Source: Tubiluchus corallicola (lineage: Eukaryota; Animalia; Priapulida). Taken from it: DNA of 64,000 bases. The first letter of the stretch is position 1, and the number at the start of each line of letters is the position of its first letter. The DNA is taken from contig JAQGDQ010002387.1 of NCBI GenBank assembly GCA_030141605.1, forward strand, positions 211,691 through 275,690, given 5' to 3'. Under the pieces are notes generated by a model. That model ran no database searches, was not told where the DNA came from, and worked only from the letters and a program-made list of their open reading frames with translations. The position numbers and the translations under genes are program-made. Shown here one piece after another: positions 41,811 through 55,919 of the stretch.

Positions 41811-42995
41811 ATGATACCAAGGAAAGTTCATGTCAGAGATATTGATGCAGCATTACACACTGGTTTAAAAAATCAGCAATCAGTTGATAAAGTCAAGAGA
41901 AATGCAAAAAGGTGGTTGCATCCGAAGGTATACACCATCCAGGAAATAGAAAATAAAAGTACAGTGAAACCTGGCGATAACAACTACTATCGTGATTGTT
42001 CAGTAACAAGCAATGAGTTGTATTACAAATTGCACCCACTTTTGAATTCTGCAAGGATTTTCGGTCTCTTTCACCTTCCGAAACATCGGCCCGAAAATGC
42101 TTCTCTGCTTGCCTCTTTTTCTGGAGCCACCTGGTGGTCGCTCGTGACACTGCTGTGTGTTACAGCAATATGTGCAAAGTCATTGAAATCTGACACTGGC
42201 AAAGCTGACCTGACGACAGCCACCGGCATTGCACAGTCGTTTGTCTTGTTCTTGGAGGTAATTCTGGTTTTGGTTAGATGGTTCACATTTGTTGCCGGAT
42301 TCAAAATGGCGAATGTTTTCTCAGAATTTGAGAAACAACTTCCTCGTTATATCAATCACAGTAAAGTTACTAACATCAAATCACTTACACAAACTCTCAG
42401 AGAAAATCGGCTTTCATGGGGATTAACCTTGATGGGCTGGGCGGTGATTATAAGTACTTTTTTGTATGCAACAATAAACAAGGTTTTCGAGAACCTGAAT
42501 TCAACTATAACTCTACGTTTGGTATTTATAAATACGGTTTATGTTATCTATGACAAGTTTCAGTTGGCAACTGTCATTTTTGCTGCATACATCGTCGTCT
42601 CGTTGTGCAAAATATTAAATTCTAAATTTAGTTTTCAACACGATGGCCTACGATTGGATACTGACGAAAAGGTGAATAATTTCTTGGACAAGCAAAGAGG
42701 ATTCATTCTTCTAATTGAAGTTGTGGATGAGACAATATCACCAATGCTTTTGATGATTTGTCTCGGAAGTTTCATGGTGATCGTTGTTCAAATTTATCTT
42801 TACAGCCATAATTATCACTCCGGTATTCCACCAGGTTATTTACAGGAATTTGTCCACGTGTTTTCTACTCTACAAAGTTTCTCATTCCTACTGATTCTTA
42901 TCAGCTGTACAGCTCTGCACGAAAAAGTCATGCAAGTTGAAAGAATTTTACATTCTATAAAACGAAGTCAATTGGGAGAAATGGCCAGATATGAG
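41811..42995 (+). CDS. GR/GRL-like chemoreceptor variable first exon A (TM1-TM6); predicted to splice to 50166
   Basis: 395 codons from ATG 41811. LHPLLNSARIFGLFH (GR-type pre-TM1 motif) and six hydrophobic segments. Ends ARYE at a phase-0 donor GAG|gtaaat; paralogous to B-E. Confidence 0.85.
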
Positions 42996-44128
42996 GTAAA
43001 TACATGAAATAATTCTCAGACCTGGCACTCTTCATATGCTATGTAGATTTTTTTTATTTCAGGAAATATAAAGAATAAAAGCAAGCATGTAGTGATGGAA
43101 AGTTAAACAGCTTCTAAGAAAATAAAACAAATTAGAACTGTTTGGAAATTTGCAGCAAGAGTTAGTTGTACAAGTGTACAAGCCACTAGAGCTCTAACAA
43201 TAAGAAAACAAAGGTAACACCTTGCCAAAACACACTCGATGGCTTGAAACACTTTATACGTGAGTGAAGTGCAACAGATAAAAGAAAAATATATATTTTA
43301 CATTAACTGTTGTTCAAAACAATTCATGTGCAGGTATTATTGCCTAAAAGGATGATGTTCTTCTATTCTTAGCCCTTAGCAGTTCCAGTGTTGGAAATTT
43401 TTTTCAAGTTTCTTTCCAGGTCTTTGCATCCGAAAACTGATTACACGTTCAAACTAATAATTAGTTGTCTTTAATTAAGTTACTGCACACTTGATAATTA
43501 ATAATAAAACCATTGCCTCCATACTCAACCAAGATCAGTCTCTGAATCATGTGAGATGCAATTTAAAAACTTTAAGATAGAGTTAATTGCTTACAACAGA
43601 TGTAGAGACGATTGCTGCTTTAATCTGGTACTTTAAGTTAAAAAAGTAAGCGTCTTATATCCAACGCTTATCACATCTTGTTGATTCCTAATATTCCAAT
43701 GCCACCTTCCTGGTGGGTCAATAACTAGATATAGTTGCTGTGCTGCAAATATTAGCAGTGTGACCTGCTAATTTTATTCTATCTGTGAATTATTCCATCC
43801 ATTACATCACTGAGGCACTTATTGCAGTATGCTATTATTTAACAATAAACGCCAACAATAAATGTGTGCAAGGCTGTTATGCATTTGTCTAGCAAATGGT
43901 AAATAGATTGAAATTAAAAGCATTTGTGTTTACACTACTTTGTTCTGCACAACATTAGCAAGCAACAGAAAAACCACCTTATTTATAGCAAAAACAATTC
44001 AGGACTTTTAGATCACGTTCAGAATTATTGCAATCGAGAAGTACTCCTCGTATGCTAGTTCAAGAAAAGGAAATAAATATTACTCAAAGTTAAACAAGAC
44101 AGGTGTTTTCGATTTTTCTACAAATGAT

Positions 44129-45241
44129 ATGAAGAAATCTAAAGACGTTTCAAAGCAAGTTGTGAGTACCATAAGTTGCATAGCTTGGAAATCATGTGAT
44201 GACGATCCTTCAATGCCCATCAACCGTGAAATGGAAGAAAAGAATTTCACAGAAATTTTGATGATGAATGATATGTATAAAAGCTTAAAACCTTTGCTGC
44301 AATCTGCCAAAGTTTTTGGATTATTTCACGTACCAAATCAATACCAGGAGAGTTTTCGCATGCTGTCATATTTTTCTAGAAGCACCACTTGGTCGTTCAT
44401 TGTTTTTCTTGGTGTAGTGTCAATTTGCATAAAGTCTTTGGTTGCAGATGTACAACATGCTAACCTTACTACAGCCAGTGGTATTGCACAATCATTCGTC
44501 TTACTGTTGGAAGTAATTCTCACACTTGTGAGATTTTTTGCATTCATTGTTGGGTTCAAGATGAGAAAGGTGTTCATCGAGTTTGACAAGATGGCATGCA
44601 AGAGGAAATCATATTTTGCTAAATCTGATTCAACTACAACCAAAATTTCTGTAACTTTTATATCCTATTTCCTGGCAGTAATTGGATGGGTTACAATGAT
44701 TGTGACATTTGTTTATGCAGCAATTCATAAAGTAAAAGTTCATATCGGCAACGACAATAATACTATGGGCAACATAATTATATCAGCAGCATATCTCATT
44801 TACGACAAATTTCAACTCGCAGTGGTAATATTTCCTGCCTATATCACTACTTGTCTGTGTATCACCTTGATACAAAAATTTAAAAATGCAAAACTTGGTG
44901 AAACCACAGACCAGAATCTTCACGTCTTCTTAGAAAAGCAAACCAAATTCATTCATTTAATCAAAGTTATTGATGAGACAATGTCACCAATGCTTTTGAT
45001 GATTTGTTTCGGAAGCTTCATAGTGGTCGTTGTTCAAATTTATCTTTACAGCCATAATTATCACTGTGACATTCCACCAGGTTATCTACAGGAATTTGTC
45101 CACGTGTTTTCTACTCTGCAAAGTTTTTCATTCCTACTGATTCTTATCAGCTGCACAGCACTTCACGAAAAAGTCATGCAAGCTGAAAAAATTTTACATT
45201 CTATAAAGCGAAGTCAATTGGGAGAAATGGCCAGATATGAG
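44129..45241 (+). CDS. GR/GRL-like variable first exon B; predicted to splice to 50166
   Basis: 371 codons; LKPLLQSAKVFGLFH; ends ARYE, donor GAG|gtaatt, phase 0. Confidence 0.85.
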
Positions 45242-46893
45242 GTAATTACATTAAATAGTATCTTATGCTTATAAGGGACAGTTGTAGATGACGGAATGCT
45301 CAAAAAATCAAATCTCAAGTTCTGTTTTTGCTTGCTAATGGCATTCTAACAAAATATTATAAAGCACCTTTGCAAATACAGTTGCAATTATAAGACCATA
45401 ATAAAATAATTAACTGATCAAATGAATTAATAATTTACGTGTGAATGTTAAAATGTTACAAACTACAACAAAATTGCAAATGCAATGTTGCAAAGGCTAT
45501 AAAGGCTACAAAGGTAGTTTTACAGTCTATTGTTCTGCTGGATTCTGCATATAAACAGATTGAATCACTTGAGCATGTATGTATAGGCTAACAAATTTAA
45601 ATGTAAGCTTCATCCAAGGCTTGAAGGCCTGAAAGGTGGCTGCACATGACAGTATATCAGTTTATCCCCAACAATTATAGTTCTTTGTATTTTAGCCAGT
45701 GCAGTTCATTACACAAGTTGGGGTAATCCAGGTATGAAACTGTCTACACCATTGAGACTTTGCCAGTGGTGTAAATCGTGCCATCAGCTGCAAGTGAAAA
45801 CAGAGGCAATAAGCACATTTACCCGTGACATCACGTAGTGTCACCTTTAAACGCACAAGATTCTTGTACAGATTTTGTAACTTAAAATTAACATTTATTA
45901 TCACGTAAAGTAAAATTTTGCATTTTAGCACACTATATTTCTTTTATAAATTACTCCTAGAGTCACGTCTGAGGACTTCACGTATTTGAAATTGAAAAAT
46001 TACAAAATCGTGTTTATCTTATTTGCAGTTAACTGTGCAAGGTCTGTGAAGACCTTTTTATTGCTAATTTGAAAGAATATGCTTTCGCTCATTGAATCAT
46101 AAATGTTGACAATGCGTTTGTTTGCCGCTCCTCATATTTTTGCTATGGACGTCTCCGAATGCCTAATGTTTGCTTATAAACTCTGCTTTTAACAGAGGCT
46201 TGTTATCTCACTAGTTTTTACCAAAAATTGTTTCCTGTCAACTACAGTTTTACTTGCTTCAAGAAGGTCGACCTATCACTACCAAGTTATTAATAAAAAA
46301 AATTTCTCGCCCTGTTTTTAAACCTGTTTTTTACTGTGGGAATGCCTCAGCATATTACCATAATTCAACGCTGTCAGTTCTTTAGAACTTCTGTCTTTCA
46401 GATTTTATGACATTTCTGACTTAAAAAATGACGAAGAACATGGACATTCAATCGCACACACACATTGTGCATTGCGCCAAAAAAAATTAAAGGGGCAAAT
46501 GCTTTTTTTAATGATTTATTGGCTCTTTGTGTTGCCAACTGATCTATGTTCATCCAGCAGAGGATTAGTGTTGCCTAGTTCAGCTTTAACTCATCCACCA
46601 TAGAAGCCGAGAATAATCGATTAATACGTTCACAAGACTTTGAGTTTTTTCTTAGTTATAGTTTTAGCTGGTAATGAAATACTATTTTTTGAGACATGTC
46701 GAGGACAATCGTGTGAAAGTAACTTCTACAAAGCTCACAACTATTTAAGTATAGTCTTTTTTAATCTGAGTTCAGGGACTATTAGCGATCACCCTGACGA
46801 TTATAAAATTAGTCATGGTAATATGAACACATAATTAATTAGTTAATTAAATTTCGATACCAAACTTGCAAGACAGGCGTGTAAAATATTAGA

Positions 46894-46966
46894 AATACTG
46901 TCTGTATTTGAACCACTGCCCTTCTGCTTACAAGGCAGATGCTTCAGATCAATAAGCTACTTTATT
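46894..46966 (-). pseudogene. Degenerate tRNA-Thr(TGT)-like sequence (tRNA pseudogene or SINE head)
   Basis: Minus strand: TAGCTTATTGATCTGAAGC (D arm), TCTGC-CTTGTAA-GCAGA (perfect anticodon stem, TGT), GGTTCAAAT (B box); 73 nt. Acceptor and T stems are mismatched. Confidence 0.6.
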
Positions 46967-47540
46967 ACTCAGCGAAAAGTTTTAACATTTCCTGTCTATA
47001 AACTTTGGTATCAAAATTTAGTTATATGTGTTTTTGTAATATCTTTCATAACAATCTTGACATTACGATTATAATAATTAAAAGTGGTCTTGTTTACTCA
47101 AAACAAAGGCACAGTTAATAAACTTGGTACAACCAAAACAGGTTTAACTGCGAAGGTATAATAGTAGAAAGTACAATTTTAGTGTTTTTCATTCATGCAA
47201 TAATAATTTCTAAAATGAATGCCTTTTTATAATGAATGCTCATTATATAAGTCAGTTTCTTTTTTGACTTCGATCATGGTGTATAGCGTAGGAATTCTAA
47301 AGGAGAGAAGAAATCGCTGCAATTATGGGCAAACTGACTATTTACCCAATTATAAATGTATCAAAAGAAAATGTTCTCCAATGTTTCTTTGTTTGGCATG
47401 CAGCACTCAACCACATTTCCTTTGGCTATTGTGATCTGTTAATGCATCAGCTTGAGGCTTCTACGAAGGAACCTAGGTCACCAGAGTGCTTCAAACACTT
47501 ATACTTGAACGAAGTGATGTTTTTGTTAAATTGTTTCATA

Positions 47541-48677
47541 ATGGGCACCAGAATACCTTCTGCTCCAACAAATACTTTTAAGAACTCAGTAATAAAAAGT
47601 CCAACGAAATGGACACCAATTCAGACAATGGTTGGTGATGGAAAGCTTGCAAATAACGTGATTTCAGAGTCTGGCGACTTCATATTGTTGGACACAGTGA
47701 GTTTTTATAAAAGCTTGCATCCACTTCTAACGTTAGCTAAAGTATTTGGCCTATTTCACATTCCAAGTAGAAAAAACACGCAAAGGAGATTCCAAGCTCT
47801 TCTATGTGGCAGTACGACGTGGTCATTAGCAATGGCTGTTGGAGTCACAATAGTGTGTACCTACGACTTAATTACGGACTTGAGAGCTGCAGACTTGATT
47901 ACTCCAGCTGGTATAGCACAATCATTTGTACTTTTTCTCGAGGTTGTGAATACTATCATTAGATGGTTTGCTTTTGTTTCAGCTTTTAAAGTGACCAAGT
48001 TGTTTTCCAAGTTTGAGTGTACTACAGAAAACAGTGCCGAACGGACAAAACTACTTAGGCTCAAATTGTTTAAACGAGAGCTAAAAGACAGCACTGTCAG
48101 CTGGACATTAGCCTTTGTAGGATGGATTGCGATGAGCTGCACATTTTTAAACGCTTTAGTAGAGAAAGTGAAATATATCTACGAAGATACATCCATTAGG
48201 AGTTGCGTTTTAAATATCGTATTTTTATTCTACGATAAATTACAACTTTCCACGATCATGTTTCCAGCCTTTATTATAGTTGGTGTTTGTTGCACTCTGC
48301 TCTCCTACTTTGAAACTCAAAAGGAACCCCCGAAAGTCAATACCGATAAAAATGTGTTAAGTTATCTGAAGGGACAGTCAGCAATTATAGAAGTTATTGA
48401 AGTCATCGATGCAGCTATATCACCCTCGCTTTTCATGATTTGTTTCGTGAGTTTCATGGTAACTGGATTGCAAGTATATCTCTACAGTCACAACTATCAC
48501 TTTGGTGTACCAAAAGGTTTTATGCAAGAGTTTATATTCGTCTATTCTACTCTGCAAACTGTCTCGTTCTTATTAATTCTGATCGGCTGCACAGCTGTGC
48601 ATGAAAAGATTTTGCAAGCGGAAAGAGCGTTACGCAAAGTTGAACTTTATCAACTGGGTGACGTGGCACGCTATGAG
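47541..48677 (+). CDS. GR/GRL-like variable first exon C; predicted to splice to 50166 (ORF is open from 47325)
   Basis: LHPLLTLAKVFGLFH; ends ARYE, donor GAG|gtataa, phase 0. ATG 47541 gives a length comparable to the paralogs (379 codons). Confidence 0.83.
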
Positions 48678-48746
48678 GTATAATATTGGGCCTATACCAA
48701 ATTAATTCTTTTTTTAAGGCATGTCGCCTCTGAAGTGAGGAAAATT

Positions 48747-49056
<310 letters not shown>

Positions 49057-50165
49057 AATTCTTTATTGCTATAAAATTTAGTAGTTTACTACCCATTCAA
49101 AAATTGACAGCATAACCAGTGTTTCCACTGCTGTGAGTATTAGTGTCAGGATAAAATAAAATTATGAGTAAAAACATGAGTGAAGCTATGATCATTACAT
49201 CGATTGCACAAAAGTCTACATTCATTTGACACGGTTCAGCGAGTACTTAACACAATTTACAATATTTGCAAGTAATAGTTTTGTCTAAGATATTAAAATT
49301 GTGTAAATATGAAATTGCATGAGTGGTTTTGATTTTTTTTGAGTTGGTGACACTACAAGTTGAATGTTGATAATAATAAAAAGGTGTGATTTGATATTTT
49401 GTATTAGGTCTTTTTGATGGCTAGCATGTTTTTAGTTCATTTTTGAATCCTTTTAGCGTCACTGCAGATTTTACATTAAATAGCTGAATACTCTTGCTTT
49501 TGTGTTAGTAACGGAAACAACACAGTAAAATTAAATAAAGCAAAAATAAAACAAAGCAAGAATAAAGCTCAGCGAAACAAAGCATAGACATAAAATATTA
49601 CAGCTTCTGAAACACACTGAGACTTGTAAAATCTGCATGTTACGATCAAAATAGAGTTTTGAAAATAATTTGTGTTGCCACTACTCAATGTTTAACGCCT
49701 TCATGCCGATTTTTATTTAGAATAATAGGTAAACAAGCAGAATGAAGCGAAGTATAAAATACACGACAATGTTTAGAGCGGCAAAATAATGTAAAATGGT
49801 CAGAAAAAAGAAAAAAATGCGACATGAAACAATAGTTATAACGAGGCAGCAGTACAATAATCATTATCGTTTATTAATATTATGACGACCAAATACTTAG
49901 CGCCAGTTTATCGATGAACATCACGTTTGTCAAACTGCTTGCCTTTGAATATTAATAAAATTAGGATGCAAATGCAGCTAAGAATTCAAGTTTATTGCAG
50001 CAAAATGTTTATGTTCACGGGTAAAGTCATTGGGTGAACGTAATTATCCGATGAGATTGAAAATGACGATGATGGTGGTGATAATGATTGTGATTGTTAC
50101 TCTGGTAATGACGAAAATGATAGTGATGGTGATAAATGAGAGCCATAATTGAATTGCTTTTGCAG

Positions 50166-50255
50166 GTACTTATTCATCTCCAACAACTATCATCAAGATC
50201 TATTGGCCTCACAATCTGGAAATTCTACGTCATCAATCGAAACTTTGCTTTTATC
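50166..50255 (+). CDS. GR/GRL constant exon 2 (90 nt, phase 0/0; intracellular loop 3/TM7a)
   Basis: ttgcttttgcag|GTA CTT ATT CAT...TTT ATC|gtgagt. Encodes VLIHLQQLSSRSIGLTIWKFYVINRNFAFI, resembling the GR 'F..QL....I.hT..gfF.in' segment. Confidence 0.88.
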
Positions 50256-50372
50256 GTGAGTTCAGTTTGTTGCTATTTTGGAAATATAGCTTCGCCCAGT
50301 TTAATTTTTAAAGTGGAGATTAGATTTTTGATCTTTTCACTGATGAACTCAATAAACAGTTTTGTAACGTGA

Positions 50373-50530
50373 GGCGAGTTGAGTAGCGGAGTGGTCATGG
50401 CATGCGTTTGTCAGTGAATGGCTCGTAAGTGCCCGGGTTTGATGCTCCCTGAGGGAAATTTCATTCGCCATGCTAATTTCTTGTTGCGCATATTATACCC
50501 ATCTTCCGTACATATACATATATATGAATG
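50373..50530 (+). mobile_element. Possible tRNA-derived SINE remnant in GRL intron 2
   Basis: A-box-like TAGCGGAGTGG (50384-50394), B-box-like GGTTTGATGC (~50436-50445), and a TA-rich tail near 50510-50525. Confidence 0.35.
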
Positions 50531-50883
50531 TGATTAAAACAGCTCTACCAGCTCAGTGGTTCATCTTAATGGCTATTCATGATAACGAGTTTGGCATTGA
50601 TCTCCCCAAAAAACAGTGGACCTATTATTAAGAGCTGGATTTTGGGTTGCAATACATTTGCAATGTATTTTATAAAGATTAAAAATAAAAACGTGCTTTA
50701 CCTAAAGCACCTTCATCACAAAACAAATTCATATTTTGCTTTGAGTTCTTGTTGTCAAATAAACTCTTGAATAAAAGTTACCAAGCTAGTTTGTTACTAT
50801 TGCATGATAAATTTATAACTGTTATAACGTTTATAACTGTTGTTGAGTTGCTTAGTTTAACAATAAATGTTGTTGTTTTGCAG

Positions 50884-51045
50884 ATTGTCAGTGGTATCTG
50901 CACGTTTTTCATCGTGATAGTACAATTTCATCAGACAATTATTGGAAAGCAACAGACAAACGTGACACTCCTTATGGACGCCTTTGCCAATGAAGCTTGT
51001 CATATCTGCAGACGATTTCTCAACAACCTTAGTGATCCTGATTAG
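50884..51045 (+). CDS. GR/GRL constant terminal exon 3 (TM7b pore helix + C-tail)
   Basis: tgttgttgttttgcag|ATT GTC AGT GGT.... Encodes IVSGICTFFIVIVQFHQT...SDPD*. TFFIVIVQF matches the GR family signature TYhhhhhQF with Y->F. Confidence 0.88.
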   Translation: MVSGICTFFIVIVQFHQTIIGKQQTNVTLLMDAFANEACHICRRFLNNLSDPD

Positions 51046-52800
51046 AAGCTTCGAGCTTGTCAACTTGCTGCTATAGCTTGACAAAACGCATCTAACTATG
51101 GTGCAAATTCTGCAAATTAAACAATATATGTCACTTTAATATTAACCGAGCAACAAAACGAAGAAAAATGAGATTTTTCTAAGCCCAGGGACAGATTGTA
51201 TATTTTTATCCACTCATATAAGAATGTGTAGGTTTTTTACCTACTCATTTTGCTAATTTGAAATTTGAACCTAATATTCAGACGCATAAGCTTTAGCCAA
51301 ACAAAGACAGCAGAGTTTTATGTTGTGTGTTGTTTTTTATATAAAAATTTATTTCTTTTTTTGAATAATTCAGAAGGACCGAATTTTAGGGTTAAATTAA
51401 AATATCAGTAGGTGGACTACTCTTACCCTGACTGGTATCAAATTGGTATATGGCTAGTGTTTTAAGTAAACTGCATTCTTATTTTTTTTTTATAAAATTC
51501 CATGCATTGCAAGCCAAAATCCAACTTTTAAAAGCAGGTTCATTGTTTTTATGGCGAGAATCACAGCTCAATTCATTACCTGTACTTTTGATAACATTTA
51601 AATTACACTTAATCAAACTACGGTTCTCTTGTTTAAGAATAATCTGAGGATGCGTTCGAAAGCTTTTACATGGAAATTGAGAAACAAGAAGCGAGTTGCT
51701 GTTTTAACTTGCCTATATTCTTGCCTCTACTGAATTGTTATTACCACTTTAGAACTTTAAAAATTTATAGTTTTCAGAATGTTTAGTGTATGTAAAATGA
51801 ATGTATGTATGTATGAATTATTTACGTAAGCCTTCCTTTTACTTATTTGAACTGAATCGAAACTAAAATTTGTAGTGATTTAAAACTTCTTGATTTGATA
51901 GCAAATATCGTATTATGACTATTAGCAGAACGCAGTAGAAATAGCTCGTTTCTATCAGCTCCGGTATCTAAAGTCAAATTAACAATGTTCATATTGTTAG
52001 TGCTACTAATCTTTATTAACACTTATGTTTATTATAATTACATATTTCTTTAGAGAACACGTCTTTGTGCGTTGTGATGTGCACATAACAAATAAAAGTC
52101 CGTTTCTGTATTTGTGGCAGTAGCTGCATTATTGTATTTTGAGTGTGCAGTGGCGATAATGGCATCTCTGTCGAGCAATGCCGAAACGTGCCGATTTATG
52201 ACTAATCAAGTGAATAAGTCTTTAAAATTACGTCTTCATTGGCTTTTAAGCTAACATTAAGCTTTCCAAATCTAAATCACCCATTATTAGAGTCCCTGTA
52301 TATTTAAATATATAGTTGTAAATATATAGTAATTCTATCCATTATTACAGTATGCTGCTATCTTCTGGTGGGAAAAACGCAAAAACAAGACAGGCTAGGG
52401 GATGAAAATAACAGATGACAGAATGAGAATGGCCATTTCGTTTTTGTTGTAAACCGTGACATTTACAAGATTGACATGCTCAAACAAATATGATCACGCA
52501 TAGGCAAATCACATTTATTACATTAAAACGTGCCTGTAATTGTTTGCGATGAATAAACGGTAGCTCGCGTGGATGTCATTGACAATTTAGCTTAATGTTG
52601 GTGTTGGAAATACTTGATTGCTCCTTCTTTCTGGCTAAAGCTGTGAGTTAAACTAAACGTTGTGTCTTCTAATTAATACCGCAGGAACTCATACGACTTA
52701 GACAACTTCATTTGTAGCTACCGAAAAAGTTATCTAGACGTGTTTAGTCATCTTGCTTCGCTAGAAGTGACCTGTTGGTGACACAGTTTTTAAATCCAAA

Positions 52801-53901
52801 ATGAAAGCACATCATAACACATGGACCATCGGACTGACTGGTTCACTTAAAGTCACGAAGGAGCACGTTAAAACACTATCTCCTAGAAAACTCAATACAG
52901 GTTCCCATAATGATTCCAACTGCCAATTTTACCAGAAATTACGTCCACTATTGATTTTTGCCACAATTTTTGGCTTGTTTCACATGCCTAACAGAAAGAC
53001 GCAGAAACGGTTTGGGTTGGTGGTATTGTCCTACAGTACCATGTGGTCTTTGACTATTCAGATTTTCGTCACAGTTCCAACTATATGGTCCCTTATGCGT
53101 GATACCAGTAAAATTGATCTCACAGCAGCAGAAGGAATTGCCCGGTTATTTGTCATGTTTATGGAAGTAACACTCACATGTATAAGATGGTTGGTATTCT
53201 TTGCTGGATTTAAACTGGTAGATGTCTTAGCAGAATGCAGAGAAGTCAGCAAAATTCAATATCCAAATATGCTGGTTACAGTCATCTCTGGGAAACAGAA
53301 GTACTTGGAGAAAGGAATATCATGGATATTTGCCACGTTAGGAGGGATCATAATTGTCTTTTCGATTATTACAGAATCTCACACTTTGTGGAAGCGGTTT
53401 AAAAGCGGAGAAGAAGAAATTTCATTTCTGCCGATTCTGATTATGTATTTGGTTTCTGACAAGCTGCTGTTGGCAACTGTGATGTTTCCTGCTTATATTA
53501 TAACTTGCTTTTCCTACGTGCTAATATCCCATCAAAGATCATTTCAGAAAACAGAAGAAAATCTTTCAGCTGAAGAAGTCATGTTGTTTTTGAAAAGACA
53601 TTCAAAGTACATTCGCGTTGTCAAGGTCATAGACAACGCTATATCTTCTACACTGCTGATGATCTGTCTGGCAAGTTTTATGGTAGTTGTAGTACAAATT
53701 TATCTTTTCAGTCACAATTTCTATGCTAACATTTCCCACGGATATCTGCAACAATATTTGTATGTCTACTCTACCATGCAGTCTGTGTCATTTCTGCTGA
53801 TTCTTGTTAGCTGTACAGCAGTACATGAAAGCGTTATGGAGGCTGAAAATAAGTTACATGCGTTGAACAAAGAGAGCCTGGGGGAGACAGCACGTTATGA
53901 G
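52801..53901 (+). CDS. GR/GRL-like variable first exon D (constant exons not in window downstream)
   Basis: 367 codons; LRPLLIFATIFGLFH; ends ARYE, donor GAG|gtaaat, phase 0. Confidence 0.83.
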
Positions 53902-55919
53902 GTAAATTTATTGTATTGCATTTGTCTATCAGCAATATTTCACTAATTTCTGTTTTAAATCACTCATGTTTTGTGTGTAGGTTTGTATGTATTTATATAT
54001 TCTCTCCATTATCTATCGTAGTTTTTCGTACTTAGTATTTCTTTGTGTTGTCTTACAAAGAGATGATCTTGCTTACATGATTGCCTCCTGTTCTGAAAGT
54101 AGGGTGGGAGTTTAGCAGCCAAAACCTGAAATTGCTCAAAATATGGATTCCTCCATGGTGACCTTATTTTTGTGTTGGTTTTAGTATTGTTTTTTGTTGA
54201 ATTCTTTTATTCAGATAATAATGCAACACAGCTATCTTGTTGACTTTCATCATTTACACGAAATTTGATGATTATAATCAATTCCAAGCGATAAAGCGGC
54301 TAATGTGGAATTGTACTGTCTAGACATCCTATACCGCAGATCTTCTATTAATTAAATCAAAGCTGATTAAGATTAAATTATTTTTCATTATTGGTCTGCA
54401 GGGTGTAATTAGATTTCACGAAATCTGATCTTGATAAAATCTTTCCGAAATTTTAGTAACTCAGTAAACCGACTCACGTTCTAACTCCTTATTTTAACAG
54501 CTGCAAGAAAACAACAGAAAATAAACACTAGAGGCATTTACCTTTACCAACCCAACTATGAGAAAAATCGCGAATTTCGGATAGTATCTGCTACATAGGC
54601 CCCTGGGTCTATTTGCTCTTAAACCCAAAACATTGAGATCGAATGTTGTACAAGCCAACCGAGGCTATACAACCATAAGTCGTGCTTTAATATGGTGTGC
54701 GGTAAAACCGCACAAGTAAAAATGACACAAGAAAAAAACATGGTAAAAGTGGCACAGGAAAAATGGCACAAATGGAAATCGCACAATTGAAAATGGCATA
54801 TATGTTATTTTGATGCAATTAATTTCTATAAAAAAAACTAGAATGCGCCCAGTAGGAAGCAAATCTCTGCCAAAGGCGAACAATCCTAAACTTATTCGTC
54901 TGATTCCTTTGATTAAAAAAATTTACCCCAAAGATAAACCAAGCAAACATACAAAAATACACCTGTATTGGTATTATATAGACTAGACTCACAAAATATT
55001 TGTTCATTAAACAGATTTATAATCAATAATGCACGAATGTCCCACATACAATTTGAACTAGCCTTCTACACGTATTTTTTCTTCCTTATTGTTTCTTTTT
55101 ATGCATTTTGAATCATGTATTGGTAGTATTGCTGCTGGCACTGCTACCTCTTGTGCTCCAAAAATGTTATAGTCCCAAGTTATTTTTAGTATGCTTTATG
55201 ACTGCCATATAATAATCGTTTTGTTACTTTGTTGTAACACGACAATTAGACTAATACTTTGAGTGACAGATATGAAATTAAATGTGTTGTAGCACAAAGG
55301 GTCAGCAAACAAGAACGTTATCAGCAAATTGGCAAATAACCCGATAGCATGCAGGACAACTTATTGTAACTACAAAGGACAATTATGCTGTGGTGTCTGT
55401 TTGTAGCAGTTGTTTTGAATTGCGATTGTGTTTTGCAACAATATACGATGATGTAAAATAGCCTGTCTCATCAAAAACGCGATAAAGCATTTCTAAAACT
55501 CAATGTAATGAAACAAGAAGTCAAGTTATAATTATTTTGTGCGGACTTCAAGGTTTCCATTGTGATTTGGCCAGTTTAAAAGAAACACCTACCTAATCAG
55601 TCAGAGACGATCATTGGCAAAATTTAGCAATTATTAAAAAGCTTGCTTGCCACTGTCCAGCTTAAGTAAGTTTATGTGTTGACTGTCCTACATTATGTGG
55701 TTCTGTGACACTTGACATTTCTGTTGTTCCATTTAACAAATTGAGCCATAAAAACTGCAGTCTTTTAATCCCGGTCATATTACCAACACCAATTGTATAA
55801 GTACCAAATTTATTGGCAAATAAGCCAATTAAGGAAGCACATAGATTTCTAATATGAACGTGTCTTACTAGTAGCCAAATATAGATCAAGCTCCATTTTG
55901 TCGTCTGAAGATAAGTAAA

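Noticed and set aside
43334-43420. Possible private exon 2 for variable exon A (tgcag|GTATTATTG ... TGGAAATTT)
   Set aside because: In-frame stop after 12 codons, spacing to the WKF-like codons differs from the real exon (58 vs 51 nt), and the intervening sequence is not similar. At most a decayed relic.
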